A stretch of 36,870 nt of DNA. Source: a virus (Duplodnaviria; Caudoviricetes). The stretch's first letter is position 1. Each line of letters opens with the position of its first letter. This document shows, one piece after another, positions 26,746-35,582 of the stretch. Position numbers and translations under genes: made by a program. The stretch spans positions 1-36,870 of the IMG/VR virus record IMGVR_UViG_3300032277_002974. One strand, 5' to 3'. The notes under the pieces were generated by a model. It was not told the origin of the DNA. It made no database searches and worked only from the letters and a program-made list of their open reading frames with translations.

Positions 26746-27495
26746 GTGAGTGATAAGACATACTTCATAGCATACTACCGAGTCTCTACCGATAGGCAGG
26801 GAGCAACTGGCCTTGGTATCGAAGCTCAAAGAGAAGCTGTACAGGCGTATGCTAAGACGATACCAAACGCGGAAGTCATAGAACACTTCACTGAGGTCGA
26901 GTCGGGCAAGTCAAATGACCGTCCTGAACTCGCCAAGGCAATCTACGAATGTGAACTCACCGGACATACTCTACTTATCGCCAAGCTGGATCGTCTCAGC
27001 CGTGATAGTCGATTCCTGGCAAACCTGCTCGCCGACGATCTCAACTTTGTATGCTGCGATATGCCGAAGGCCGATAAGGTCATGGTCGGCATAATGTCGT
27101 ACATCGCAGAGTGGGAACGAGAGCAGATTGGCAGGCGTACAAAATCCGCTCTGGCCGCACTGAAGAAACGATACGAAGAGGCAGAAGAAGGCAGCGAGCA
27201 TTATGGCAAGCGTCTGGGTAATCCGAACGGAGCAGAGCCGCTTATACGATCCGGTAAAGGGAACACAGGAGCCGTAGCCGCTATCAAGCAGAACGCCGAC
27301 GACTTCGCTGCTCATAAGATAAAGCTCATCGACAGTATTAAGGAGAACGGCATCACCACTTATAAGGGAATTGCCCGAGAGCTTAACCGCCGCAAGATCA
27401 GGACACCCAGGAATGGAGTATGGCATCCTTCGAGCGTCAGCAAGCTTATGAAACGAATACAGCGCGTAAGCGGTCCAATTCAGGCTAGGTGCTAG
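26746..27495 (+). CDS. Serine recombinase (resolvase/invertase family)
   Basis: YYRVSTDRQ, E.ESGK, RPEL, AKLDRLSR, AEWEREQIGRRTK, LGNP, C-terminal ARELN...TPRNGVWH; GTG start (ORF open from 26722). Confidence 0.95.
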   Translation: MSDKTYFIAYYRVSTDRQGATGLGIEAQREAVQAYAKTIPNAEVIEHFTEVESGKSNDRPELAKAIYECELTGHTLLIAKLDRLSRDSRFLANLLADDLNFVCCDMPKADKVMVGIMSYIAEWEREQIGRRTKSALAALKKRYEEAEEGSEHYGKRLGNPNGAEPLIRSGKGNTGAVAAIKQNADDFAAHKIKLIDSIKENGITTYKGIARELNRRKIRTPRNGVWHPSSVSKLMKRIQRVSGPIQARC

Positions 27496-27586
27496 TATTA
27501 CTTACTATCTGAAAACAGCTCTACGTGGATTCTATGGCTCAGTATTTGAGGCTACATAACGGATTCTAGCGATATACGAGAAAGAC

Positions 27587-27650
27587 CTGTGAGTCCTTGG
27601 ACAGTGGCATAATGATATCATAGTATCACCTTAGCAGCACGAAAGGGGAT
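27587..27650 (+). promoter_or_regulatory. Repeated sigma70-like promoter/operator, type B copy 2
   Basis: TGTGAGTCCTTGGACAGtGGCATAATGATATCATAGTATCACCTTA, 1 mismatch from the 24887 copy. Confidence 0.8.
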
Positions 27651-27655
27651 ACATC

Positions 27656-27934
27656 ATGGCGTCAAAAGTTAAACTCAACCAGCTAGATAGCACGGCCAAA
27701 GCGAACATCGCAGCAGTACTTAAAGTCATAACTGACGGTAAGCTAGATGAAGCGAATATCTTCTGTGGTATCCACGGCACTATCTTTGACGTTGACCCTA
27801 ACGACGCGCTGCCTATGCCTATCATGCGCCTGACTATGGAAGACATGAAGAAGCTCACCGAAATAGACGGCTTGAGATGGATGCAGAACACAGAAGTCGG
27901 CTACACATTCGGCGTTGAAGGCTCTGAGGTTTAA
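27656..27934 (+). CDS. Hypothetical protein
   Basis: 92-aa ORF behind repeated promoter. Confidence 0.68.
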   Translation: MASKVKLNQLDSTAKANIAAVLKVITDGKLDEANIFCGIHGTIFDVDPNDALPMPIMRLTMEDMKKLTEIDGLRWMQNTEVGYTFGVEGSEV

Positions 27935-27952
27935 TACAAACATAGAGGTACT

Positions 27953-28771
27953 ATGAAGACGATCACAGAAAACCAGTATGTAGGCGAAGTGTTCTACATC
28001 GCATACGGATTTGTCTATGTATGGACTCAGAAATCAACAGGCCGATTCTACGTAGGCAGCTCTACCAAGAATCCAGATAAGTATATGTGCTCATCCGCAG
28101 ATAGTGAGTTTAGAGGGCTACTAGAACAGGCTCCTTATGACTTTGAACGTGAGATTATAGCTGAGTATAGAAACTGCCCTGAAGACGATCTACGCGACCA
28201 CGAGCGCCGATTACTGAAAGCTGCTAAAGCCCAATGCTGGAGCCATTGCTTCAATTCAGCGCCGTTCGTTACTAATAACGCAGAGAGTGTTTTCAAGTCG
28301 GTATCGACCAGAACCACACCAGATGAGAATGGCAGCACTATCGCTAAAAGAGCTGCGATCAAGGCTGCGGCGACAATGGCAGTACCAGACGAGAATGGTG
28401 AGACTATAGCTCAGAGATACGGCAAGAAGGTATCCAAGACGATTACGACCCCTGATGAAAACGGAGAGACTATAGCCCAAAGAACGGGTAAGAGAATACT
28501 CGGACCAGGCAACCCTATGTTTGAGGGATACTTCCATACACCTTACGGGAAATTCTCGTCAGCTAGTCAGGCAGTCAAGGTCGCCAGTATTCCTATAACT
28601 GGCAGGACGCTAGCGCGATGGTGCAAGAATCCTGATGAAGTATTCACCAGCACAACCGTTCTACGCACCGCGTTTCTATCCGAGGCCGATATAGGCAAGA
28701 CGCGACGGGAGCTTGGTTTCTGGTTCGAGAAAGACAACTGTGAAGCCTTGGCCTATGTCACAGTGCCCTAG
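27953..28771 (+). CDS. GIY-YIG homing endonuclease (Seg-like)
   Basis: YGFVYVW...GRFYVGSS, Y..SS, FEREII, E..LL; three PDENG(S/E)TIA(K/Q)R repeats. Confidence 0.82.
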   Translation: MKTITENQYVGEVFYIAYGFVYVWTQKSTGRFYVGSSTKNPDKYMCSSADSEFRGLLEQAPYDFEREIIAEYRNCPEDDLRDHERRLLKAAKAQCWSHCFNSAPFVTNNAESVFKSVSTRTTPDENGSTIAKRAAIKAAATMAVPDENGETIAQRYGKKVSKTITTPDENGETIAQRTGKRILGPGNPMFEGYFHTPYGKFSSASQAVKVASIPITGRTLARWCKNPDEVFTSTTVLRTAFLSEADIGKTRRELGFWFEKDNCEALAYVTVP

Positions 28772-28805
28772 TACTATAACCCTATAGAAACGAAGGGGTT
28801 TTAAT

Positions 28806-29054
28806 ATGGATTTCAACGAGTGGTTATCGACGTTCTTGGAAGAGAAAGAAATTGACGCCGAGAGCATCACATTTGAAGTAGAAGGCCCAGAGTGGGGCGC
28901 GAACATCATACCGATGGTTACTGTCATCGAGCACATGAGAATCACATCACCAACCGAGCAGCAGGCGATTAAAGCTATGTTGATTAAGATAGACTTCGCC
29001 AACGCGCCAGTAGTTCCTTATTTCAAGCATCTAGCCCAGGCAATAGCCCGTTAA
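28806..29054 (+). CDS. Phage-type hypothetical protein
   Basis: 82-aa ORF with AAGGGG RBS. Confidence 0.7.
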   Translation: MDFNEWLSTFLEEKEIDAESITFEVEGPEWGANIIPMVTVIEHMRITSPTEQQAIKAMLIKIDFANAPVVPYFKHLAQAIAR

Positions 29055-29281
29055 TATGAACGAGATAGGTAATCCCTCGCATTACATATTCAAAACAGCG
29101 TAGCGGCGATCTAAACCAACGCTGTGAACCTCTGGCAAGGTATCAGGAAGCCTTTTAGAATCGGTATCAGGAGGTAGAGAAGTACCACGGCAGAGAAACT
29201 TTCGGGTAACCGGATAGCGTAATAGCTTCAATGTAAGGAGGGAGCGTGTACCTCCGGCGGCTGCGTGTGTGTAGTGCCATA

Positions 29282-29347
29282 GCTTTGGGTGAAGCAGGGA
29301 GTGATTACAGAGAAGCTGTGAGCTAGTCGGTTCTACCGCCTTGTTGT
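29282..29347 (-). repeat. Long inverted repeat, right copy
   Basis: Reverse complement of 26422-26488. Confidence 0.9.
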
Positions 29348-29433
29348 TTTGCTGATAAGGTGATTATAAAAGGACTCACACAGCGCGGCCAGGTATTCAT
29401 GTAGGCTTATATTCTTGCTATCATGTATTCTTG

Positions 29434-29712
29434 TTATAGAGCGTTCAGCTTCTCTACGGCCTCCGGTAATCCGACCACATGAGAGTCGCCTCCGATCTCC
29501 TGCAAGCCATCTTCGATAGCCGTCCAATCTATCTGCTTGAGAAGAGTTCCCAAGCTCCAGCCTCCGCAGTACGTATAAGCAGTATCTACGGCCGTGCGCT
29601 CGACTTCAGAGAGTTCTACATAATAGGTCAATGCGCGTACTGATTCGACCAGCTCGCACACATCATCTACGAGTAGGCTAGAGAGCATCCGTTGGTGAAG
29701 AGTGCTATACAT
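29434..29712 (-). CDS. Hypothetical protein
   Basis: 92-aa acidic ORF overlapping the upstream HNH gene. Confidence 0.6.
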   Translation of the reverse strand: MYSTLHQRMLSSLLVDDVCELVESVRALTYYVELSEVERTAVDTAYTYCGGWSLGTLLKQIDWTAIEDGLQEIGGDSHVVGLPEAVEKLNAL

Positions 29713-30496
29713 TAGGCTCTCCTGATTTCTCTGCTTCCATACCTGTTAACCAAGCCCAGCTTCTACCGCTCCATATACTCTTGATCGGTTGTGGGCTTAC
29801 TCCGTATTCAGGGGCTATGTCTTTCGGCTTTCTACCAGAACCCTTCAGGGCAAAAATCTCGATCACCTGCGCCTCTGTAAGCTTACTATTGTAGTGACCA
29901 CTGCCTCTGGCGAGAGTTCTATGACGAAGCTTATCTGCGTGATTTTCTTTAGCAGATTTCCACTCTAAGTGCGCGATATTCACACAAGCTTCGTTACCGC
30001 AGTTATGGGCTGCGTGATCTCTTCCTTTTGGAGGACTCCCTGCCTCGGTTAGTAGAATGGCCCTAGCTAGAGTCATCGGCTTGCCGCTAAGGCTTACTGT
30101 AGGTCTTCTACTACTCTTACTGAAGCTGTCGGGGAGTTCTATGCACGGTGTATCCTGAGTCTCTGCCTGATGGCACCAAGTCTCGAAAACTTCTCTTCGG
30201 TACCCTTCTAGCTTTGTTACCCCATCCGAGAATTTAGATGATCTGTCGGCCGTAACCTCACTGCTATAACAGCCGCATGATTTAGTAAGGTCTCGACTCA
30301 GGCTAGAACCGTGCACCGCTTTAAGCGTACCGCATTGACACTGACACCAGTACTTTGTGCGGCGGGTAAATCTCCCGATATAGTAGAGCACTTTCCATCT
30401 ATCGAAAGTCATGCCTGTTAGATCGTTGAAGCTAGAATGAGACGGTATCTCACAACGCTCTGGTGGTAGCTTGTTATCTGGCTTACTCGTAGTCAT
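29705..30496 (-). CDS. HNH (His-Me finger) homing endonuclease
   Basis: DLTG..F...WCQCQCG...SCGC N-domain; HAAHNCGNEACVNIAHLEW...EN; C-terminal SKLTEAQV..I HTH. Confidence 0.88.
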   Translation of the reverse strand: MTTSKPDNKLPPERCEIPSHSSFNDLTGMTFDRWKVLYYIGRFTRRTKYWCQCQCGTLKAVHGSSLSRDLTKSCGCYSSEVTADRSSKFSDGVTKLEGYRREVFETWCHQAETQDTPCIELPDSFSKSSRRPTVSLSGKPMTLARAILLTEAGSPPKGRDHAAHNCGNEACVNIAHLEWKSAKENHADKLRHRTLARGSGHYNSKLTEAQVIEIFALKGSGRKPKDIAPEYGVSPQPIKSIWSGRSWAWLTGMEAEKSGEPNV

Positions 30497-30963
30497 TTAC
30501 TGTTTCCTATTAGCTTCTCGAAAGCTTCCGCTTGTTTAATGGCTCCGTTGTCACCTTCTAGATTTGCAAAGTCACCTAAGTCATCCCTGCCGCCTTCTTT
30601 TAGGTGGCCGAATACCGTGAAGTAAGTTTTCCAGGATGGATCGTTTCTATAGTTGGCCGTTTCCTCTTCTGTAGCGTCATCTTCGAGCAATACGATCTCG
30701 CCAGTACGGATATGCTCGGCTACTTCGTCTACCTCAGTATTATCGTACTTGGTGAAGTCTATGAGAGCTTCCTTCCATCCACCCTGATTCGAGTAGATAG
30801 CCGACTCTTCACGGAAGCGAATAGAGCGAAACGTAGGGTGCTTATCAGCAAACACTTTCTTAGCTGCCTGCTCAATCAATAGCCGTAGCTCTTCACCATT
30901 GTAGAAAGTATTGATTTCGGCTGATAGCTCTATGGTGATCTGGACTTCTTGCCGTAACTCCAT
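30493..30963 (-). CDS. Hypothetical protein
   Basis: 156-aa ORF, GAGGAG RBS, ATGA overlap with next gene. Confidence 0.7.
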   Translation of the reverse strand: MELRQEVQITIELSAEINTFYNGEELRLLIEQAAKKVFADKHPTFRSIRFREESAIYSNQGGWKEALIDFTKYDNTEVDEVAEHIRTGEIVLLEDDATEEETANYRNDPSWKTYFTVFGHLKEGGRDDLGDFANLEGDNGAIKQAEAFEKLIGNSK

Positions 30964-31121
30964 TGCCGTAACTCCTCAATATAAAAGATAATACTGAGAG
31001 TATAAGGCTTCCGTTTAGCTGTACAGGGTAGTGATAACAAGTACTCAAGTACTCAAGCTGGCAAGATAATATGAACCCTTATAAAATCAGTACTACATTA
31101 TCGAAGGGAGGTAGTAGCTGG

Positions 31122-31664
31122 ATGGATAACGCTATCCTTAATAAGGAAAAGGACTTGCTGCTGGATGCTCAGAAGATGCTATCAAATCTTCATCGGGGAT
31201 CGCCGCCGCATTTGAAATACATATACGACTATCTGATGACGCGACTCCTGCCGCTTCGATTTAACCAGATTGAAGCAGAGCAGATGGCCGACGTAGTTCA
31301 TATCAAGCGTATAGAGATCGACCTGACAAACCCACTCGGCATTACTGAGGATCAACTGGTCCTACTGACCAAAACCAAGCAGCGTAAGATAAGAAAGCTA
31401 CAACGCGAAGCGAGAGCGCAGCCTATAGAGCCCGAATGCCGCCGTAGAGCAGGTTGGAACAACTTAGAAGACGAGTCATTACTTAATGAGTTCCTGTCTC
31501 TCTATGGAGCATCTAAGGCGGTAGAGCGGGATACAGAGATAGCAACGCGACTTAATAAAGAACACCACGAAGGCGAAGACGTCAGAACGCATAAAACAGT
31601 GTATGCCAGGCTACACGGTTTAGGGCTTCTGAAGATGGCGAAAGATGAAGGCACGCTAGCTTGA
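31122..31664 (+). CDS. Hypothetical protein, possible C-terminal HTH
   Basis: GGAGG RBS before ATG 31122 (ORF open from 31071); W...ED..L...IA..LN...RT...V.ARL..LGL. Confidence 0.65.
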   Translation: MDNAILNKEKDLLLDAQKMLSNLHRGSPPHLKYIYDYLMTRLLPLRFNQIEAEQMADVVHIKRIEIDLTNPLGITEDQLVLLTKTKQRKIRKLQREARAQPIEPECRRRAGWNNLEDESLLNEFLSLYGASKAVERDTEIATRLNKEHHEGEDVRTHKTVYARLHGLGLLKMAKDEGTLA

Positions 31665-31701
31665 TAGCATGTAATAATGACTACATAGGATACGGTGAAG
31701 A

Positions 31702-32352
31702 ATGGAAATACTAGCGGCAGTTCAATCGAAGGGCGGCGTAGGCAAAAGCACATTGGTAATCTCGCTGGCCGCAGCGTTTAGAACCCAACTCAATAAGCGT
31801 GTAGCTATTATCGACTGCGACCCAATCGGAGCCGCTCAGTGCTGGCATAGCCAAGTACTACAGCTAGATGATTCTCCACTTGCCGGAATCGACTTGTACA
31901 CGGTAACGACTCCGAGAGAATTGAACGAGATTAAGAGCATGCAGGATGACTACGACATAGTGATCCTCGATACGGCAGGCCACGATAACGCTACGGCAAA
32001 GAAAGCCATTGAGGTAAGCGACCATATACTGCTCCCATGCCGAGCAGGTGTATTCGATATAAAAGCGAGTAAGCACACCACGGATATGATCTCAGAATGC
32101 GGCAAGCTCGATAAGGTTCTAATGATCCTGACTATGACGATCCATAGAGCAGGTCTGACAGCAGATGCACGCGAAGCTATCGGGCAGCTATACCCAGAGA
32201 TCCGCTTGCTAGAAGCAGAGATGAGAACGTATGCCGGATACTCGAATACGCTGGCTAACGGTCAGACGGTATTAGACTGCAACTCATTAGCCGCACGGTC
32301 TAACTTCACCCAGATATTCAACGAAATCAGAAGCACGATAGCAGGGGCATAA
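31702..32352 (+). CDS. parA: ParA-family partition ATPase (short, type Ib)
   Basis: Deviant Walker A KGGVGKST, IDCDP, YDIVILDTAG, 216 aa. Confidence 0.93.
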   Translation: MEILAAVQSKGGVGKSTLVISLAAAFRTQLNKRVAIIDCDPIGAAQCWHSQVLQLDDSPLAGIDLYTVTTPRELNEIKSMQDDYDIVILDTAGHDNATAKKAIEVSDHILLPCRAGVFDIKASKHTTDMISECGKLDKVLMILTMTIHRAGLTADAREAIGQLYPEIRLLEAEMRTYAGYSNTLANGQTVLDCNSLAARSNFTQIFNEIRSTIAGA

Positions 32353-32353
32353 C

Positions 32354-32566
32354 ATGAAAAAGAATACATTGGCTGCGGCAGTAAAGACTTCTACAACACA
32401 GGCTCAGAAGTCAGATGGTAAGAAGTCCGAGAGTATCATTGTGCGAATCACCCCAGAGCTTAAAAACGCACTACGCCGAGAGATATTCGAAGCGAGTCTG
32501 ACGGGCGAGAAGCTCAGCATAAACGGTATCATCACGAGTATGCTGGAAGAGCGTTACTCCGACTGA
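32354..32566 (+). CDS. ParG-like RHH partition partner
   Basis: 70 aa directly after parA; flexible N-terminus then SIIVRITPELKNAL...SINGIITSMLE. Confidence 0.72.
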   Translation: MKKNTLAAAVKTSTTQAQKSDGKKSESIIVRITPELKNALRREIFEASLTGEKLSINGIITSMLEERYSD

Positions 32567-32946
32567 TTCTCGAACTGTGTGAGAAGCACTTCGCCGTTTT
32601 CGTCGATCCATACGTCAGCGATCTTGCATCCGTTAGAGCCGCCTTTGAAATGGTGATAGCGATAGCTGATAGAAACCCATAGGGCAGGGCTTGTGAAATC
32701 AGGAAACTCAGCAGCAGGGTTATAGCCGTGAGTCGTTCCACTGCCAGTTACTTGCAGCGTCTCGAACATACGGGGAACCATATACGGAGCAATATCCTTA
32801 CTGGTGATATCGAGGCTCCCTGATGCGTTTAGATCAACAACCAGGTCTACGCTAAGTCCAATGTGACCGCTAAGGATTCGCTCCAGTGTCTTACGCAGTT
32901 TCTGAGTATTTTTACCGAGTGATTTGAAGAACTTATCTTGTTTCAT
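32554..32946 (-). CDS. Hypothetical protein
   Basis: MKQDKFF... with AAGGAG RBS and TAATG coupling. Confidence 0.7.
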   Translation of the reverse strand: MKQDKFFKSLGKNTQKLRKTLERILSGHIGLSVDLVVDLNASGSLDITSKDIAPYMVPRMFETLQVTGSGTTHGYNPAAEFPDFTSPALWVSISYRYHHFKGGSNGCKIADVWIDENGEVLLTQFENQSE

Positions 32947-33257
32947 TATGCAGCTCCTTTCTTGATACCGATAGAGAACGATCCACATGCGTTGTAGACG
33001 GAGAAGCCTACGAAGCCGTCTGCGTCGATTGCTTCGAAGTAGTCACGGGCTCCGCGTCCTATGAAGTAAGCGCCATTCACGCCGAGAGAGTTCTTCAGGT
33101 TGTGCGTAGTATTCGCAGCTTTTACCCATTCTGGAGCGTCGAGGCTTTCCACCATGTCTGACTGTCCACTGAATGAGGACTCAAACTTGATATAGAGGTC
33201 CGATTTATTCTTACGAATGAATGCTTTGATAGTTGCCAGTGTTACGCGCTTTGCCAT
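32946..33257 (-). CDS. Phage-type hypothetical protein
   Basis: 103-aa ORF behind repeated promoter. Confidence 0.72.
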   Translation of the reverse strand: MAKRVTLATIKAFIRKNKSDLYIKFESSFSGQSDMVESLDAPEWVKAANTTHNLKNSLGVNGAYFIGRGARDYFEAIDADGFVGFSVYNACGSFSIGIKKGAA

Positions 33258-33259
33258 GA

Positions 33260-33324
33260 TGTATCTCCTTCGTCTCGTTAAGGTGATACTATGATATCAT
33301 TATACCACTGTCCAAGGCTTCACA
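33260..33324 (-). promoter_or_regulatory. Repeated sigma70-like promoter/operator, type B copy 3
   Basis: Minus strand TGTGAAGCCTTGGACAGTGGTATAATGATATCATAGTATCACCTTA. Confidence 0.8.
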
Positions 33325-33535
33325 GGGTTGGTGGGATTAGCTTCTCAGGCTTGTCAGATAGAAATACTGGTACGGCGCAAGTGCCTTTTCCTTCGATGAA
33401 CTTCAATACAGTTCTATAGCGATACGTACCGCATTCCGACGTATGAATGCCTTTAAAGTCACGATGCTTTTTCTTCCACTCTTCGGAAGTAATCGGAGTG
33501 TGTTTTGGGTGGTTAATAATAGGAGGGCGTTTCAT
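33320..33535 (-). CDS. Hypothetical basic protein
   Basis: MKRPP... with GGAGG RBS, ATGA overlap. Confidence 0.6.
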   Translation of the reverse strand: MKRPPIINHPKHTPITSEEWKKKHRDFKGIHTSECGTYRYRTVLKFIEGKGTCAVPVFLSDKPEKLIPPTL

Positions 33536-33918
33536 GCCTTGGCCTCCTGCATTTCGGTGATCCACTCGATCTGAGACTTCGCTTTTTCTAGCTCATCCCG
33601 TACGGCCTGATTGATACCAACTGCTTCGCCTTTATCGTCGTTGCCGTTCGTAGTAGTGGCCGCGATAGTCGAAGCGTCCTGCTTATTGAAGCGAGTAGCG
33701 CGGAGTGGGTTACATTCCCAACCTGCTGCGGGTCCAGGCATTACCTGATTGCCCTGAATGTTTGGGTTGATATAGATACCACCGCAACGAATAACGAATG
33801 GGGTAGAAGTGAGGCAGGCTATAGATAGGTGGCTCTCATACTCTTTGATAGCTTCTTCGTAGTGAGCCTTCATATCTGCTAGATAAACTTCTTTTGTTAT
33901 AGGTGTCTCTGTAGTCAT
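33532..33918 (-). CDS. Hypothetical protein
   Basis: 128-aa ORF behind repeated promoter. Confidence 0.72.
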   Translation of the reverse strand: MTTETPITKEVYLADMKAHYEEAIKEYESHLSIACLTSTPFVIRCGGIYINPNIQGNQVMPGPAAGWECNPLRATRFNKQDASTIAATTTNGNDDKGEAVGINQAVRDELEKAKSQIEWITEMQEAKA

Positions 33919-33919
33919 T

Positions 33920-33989
33920 GTGTATCTCCTATCTCGCTTCGATAAGGTGATACTATGATATCATTATATCTCTGTCCAAAGGTTCACAG
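33920..33989 (-). promoter_or_regulatory. Repeated sigma70-like promoter/operator, type B copy 4
   Basis: Minus strand CTGTGAACCTTTGGACAGAGATATAATGATATCATAGTATCACCTTA. Confidence 0.8.
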
Positions 33990-34176
33990 GAGTCATACAC
34001 AACTCCACTATTTTGACCCTACCCCGAACATCTGATGGAATGGGCGCATGTAATTCATATCTGTGAGAAAACTCCCGTAGATGCTTAATGCGTATTAGCT
34101 CGCGCTATCTACAACAGGGAAGGGCACTCCAAGTTAGCGGCGGCTAGATTGCCCTAGCGAAACTAAGGATAGCAAT

Positions 34177-34806
34177 ATGAATAACATAAACAAAACCGTA
34201 GATAACAATGAACTGACTGAAGAGGAACTGTATGAAGTGAAGGTGCAAGTGTTCTGCCGATATGAAGCAGAAGACTTTTACCGACACATGAAACCGTTTC
34301 AGCCTGCGCTTTGTGATAAACTGGACGATGAAACCATTATGCGTTTCTTCGGGGATGATAAGATAGGTGAAGACCTTCTTACCGCTACTGCCAGCGCTGT
34401 ACTGAATGGCTTTCGCAAGACTGATAAGGTCGAGATGAAAGATAATATGTTGCATGTGTTCGAGGGTAGGCATGAATGGGTATTCATCCCGCACTCGGAC
34501 ATCTCTGTAGCTTATTTTCAGAGTAAGCTCCTTTCGGAGTATTGCGAAGATTACGAGCAGCACTACCTAACCGACGATCACACTATTGTGCTCAACGGCG
34601 AACTAGACGGAGATAAGGCGATGGCCGTGCTCAGTACCTTTGGGGGCGAGATAGCCGATGATGCAAATTTGGTATGGCGCACAAACCCTCGCGGGAAGCT
34701 AAGGAAGCTAGCCAGAGATTTGGGTGAAGAGGAAGAAATGTCAGTAACCGCTTGTGCGACATCTGGCTACCACATTCACCAATCGAAAGGACTCTTACTC
34801 ATATAG
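34177..34806 (+). CDS. Acidic hypothetical protein
   Basis: 209-aa ORF with TAAGGA RBS. Confidence 0.7.
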   Translation: MNNINKTVDNNELTEEELYEVKVQVFCRYEAEDFYRHMKPFQPALCDKLDDETIMRFFGDDKIGEDLLTATASAVLNGFRKTDKVEMKDNMLHVFEGRHEWVFIPHSDISVAYFQSKLLSEYCEDYEQHYLTDDHTIVLNGELDGDKAMAVLSTFGGEIADDANLVWRTNPRGKLRKLARDLGEEEEMSVTACATSGYHIHQSKGLLLI

Positions 34807-34891
34807 ACTAGGTCTATCGGAGGAAGGGAATAACGGGTCAAAAACACGCGGCGTTGCGACCAAATAACGTAACACGCATTAGTATGATATA

Positions 34892-34932
34892 GGTGGGTAT
34901 GGCTCCAATCCGAGCTTTACCCACCATCCTTT
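34892..34932. terminator. Hairpin between convergent genes
   Basis: GGTGGGTAtGGCTC/GAGCTtTACCCACC. Confidence 0.5.
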
Positions 34933-35582
34933 TACTTCTTATCTCCAGGCTGAAGGTTGTTCAGGTAGGCTTTTAACTCAGCGCAGCTATAGACGGTTGT
35001 ACGAGGACCAAGCTTAACCGGAGTAAGTGGAATCTCTCCCGATTTGATCTTGGCATACAATCCGCTCTTACTTATAGAGATAAAGCGCAAAACGTCCGAT
35101 ATCCTGTAATAACCTTCATTCGGTATCGAAGCGGCTCTTTTTCGGTCACGTAGAATCGCCGTAGAGCTGTTTTTACCCTCTTCGGCTAGTGCTACTATCT
35201 CTTCAGTATTACAATTATTCGTTGGTACGCTTACGTCAGCGACTTCAGGTGTACTCGTGATAAGAAAGGCAGGCGTTTCGATATCCAGCGTATTGCACAA
35301 CGATCTAAGCTGTTTTGCGGTTACTGTATCGTTACCGGACGCGCCGAGCAGATCAATGCTCTTTCTCATGCTTTCGTATTCGCCGTACGTGTCGTCTACA
35401 TCATCTGGGTCTATCAGATCGAATACGGCTACAGGTGGCTTGACCGCCTTTCCGTTATAGCGGCCAAGAAGATAGTCGGCGAAGTCATCAAGCTCGTACA
35501 TACCAACCATAAAGATAGCGGCTTGGTGTACGTTGAAGCTCTTGCGCTTCTGTAGAATCTTGATTGCTGTATCAGTCTTCAT
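34932..35582 (-). CDS. AlpA-family regulator/excisionase with long N-terminal extension
   Basis: C-terminal YYRISDVLRFISISKSGLYAKIKSGEIP.TPVKLGPRTTVY is AlpA-like; overlaps integrase stop. Confidence 0.8.
   Translation of the reverse strand: MKTDTAIKILQKRKSFNVHQAAIFMVGMYELDDFADYLLGRYNGKAVKPPVAVFDLIDPDDVDDTYGEYESMRKSIDLLGASGNDTVTAKQLRSLCNTLDIETPAFLITSTPEVADVSVPTNNCNTEEIVALAEEGKNSSTAILRDRKRAASIPNEGYYRISDVLRFISISKSGLYAKIKSGEIPLTPVKLGPRTTVYSCAELKAYLNNLQPGDKK

Noticed and set aside
34060-34125. Fourth copy of the three-way-junction RNA on the minus strand (GUAGA-UAG...UCUAC)
   Set aside because: Lacks UGAAC and P3
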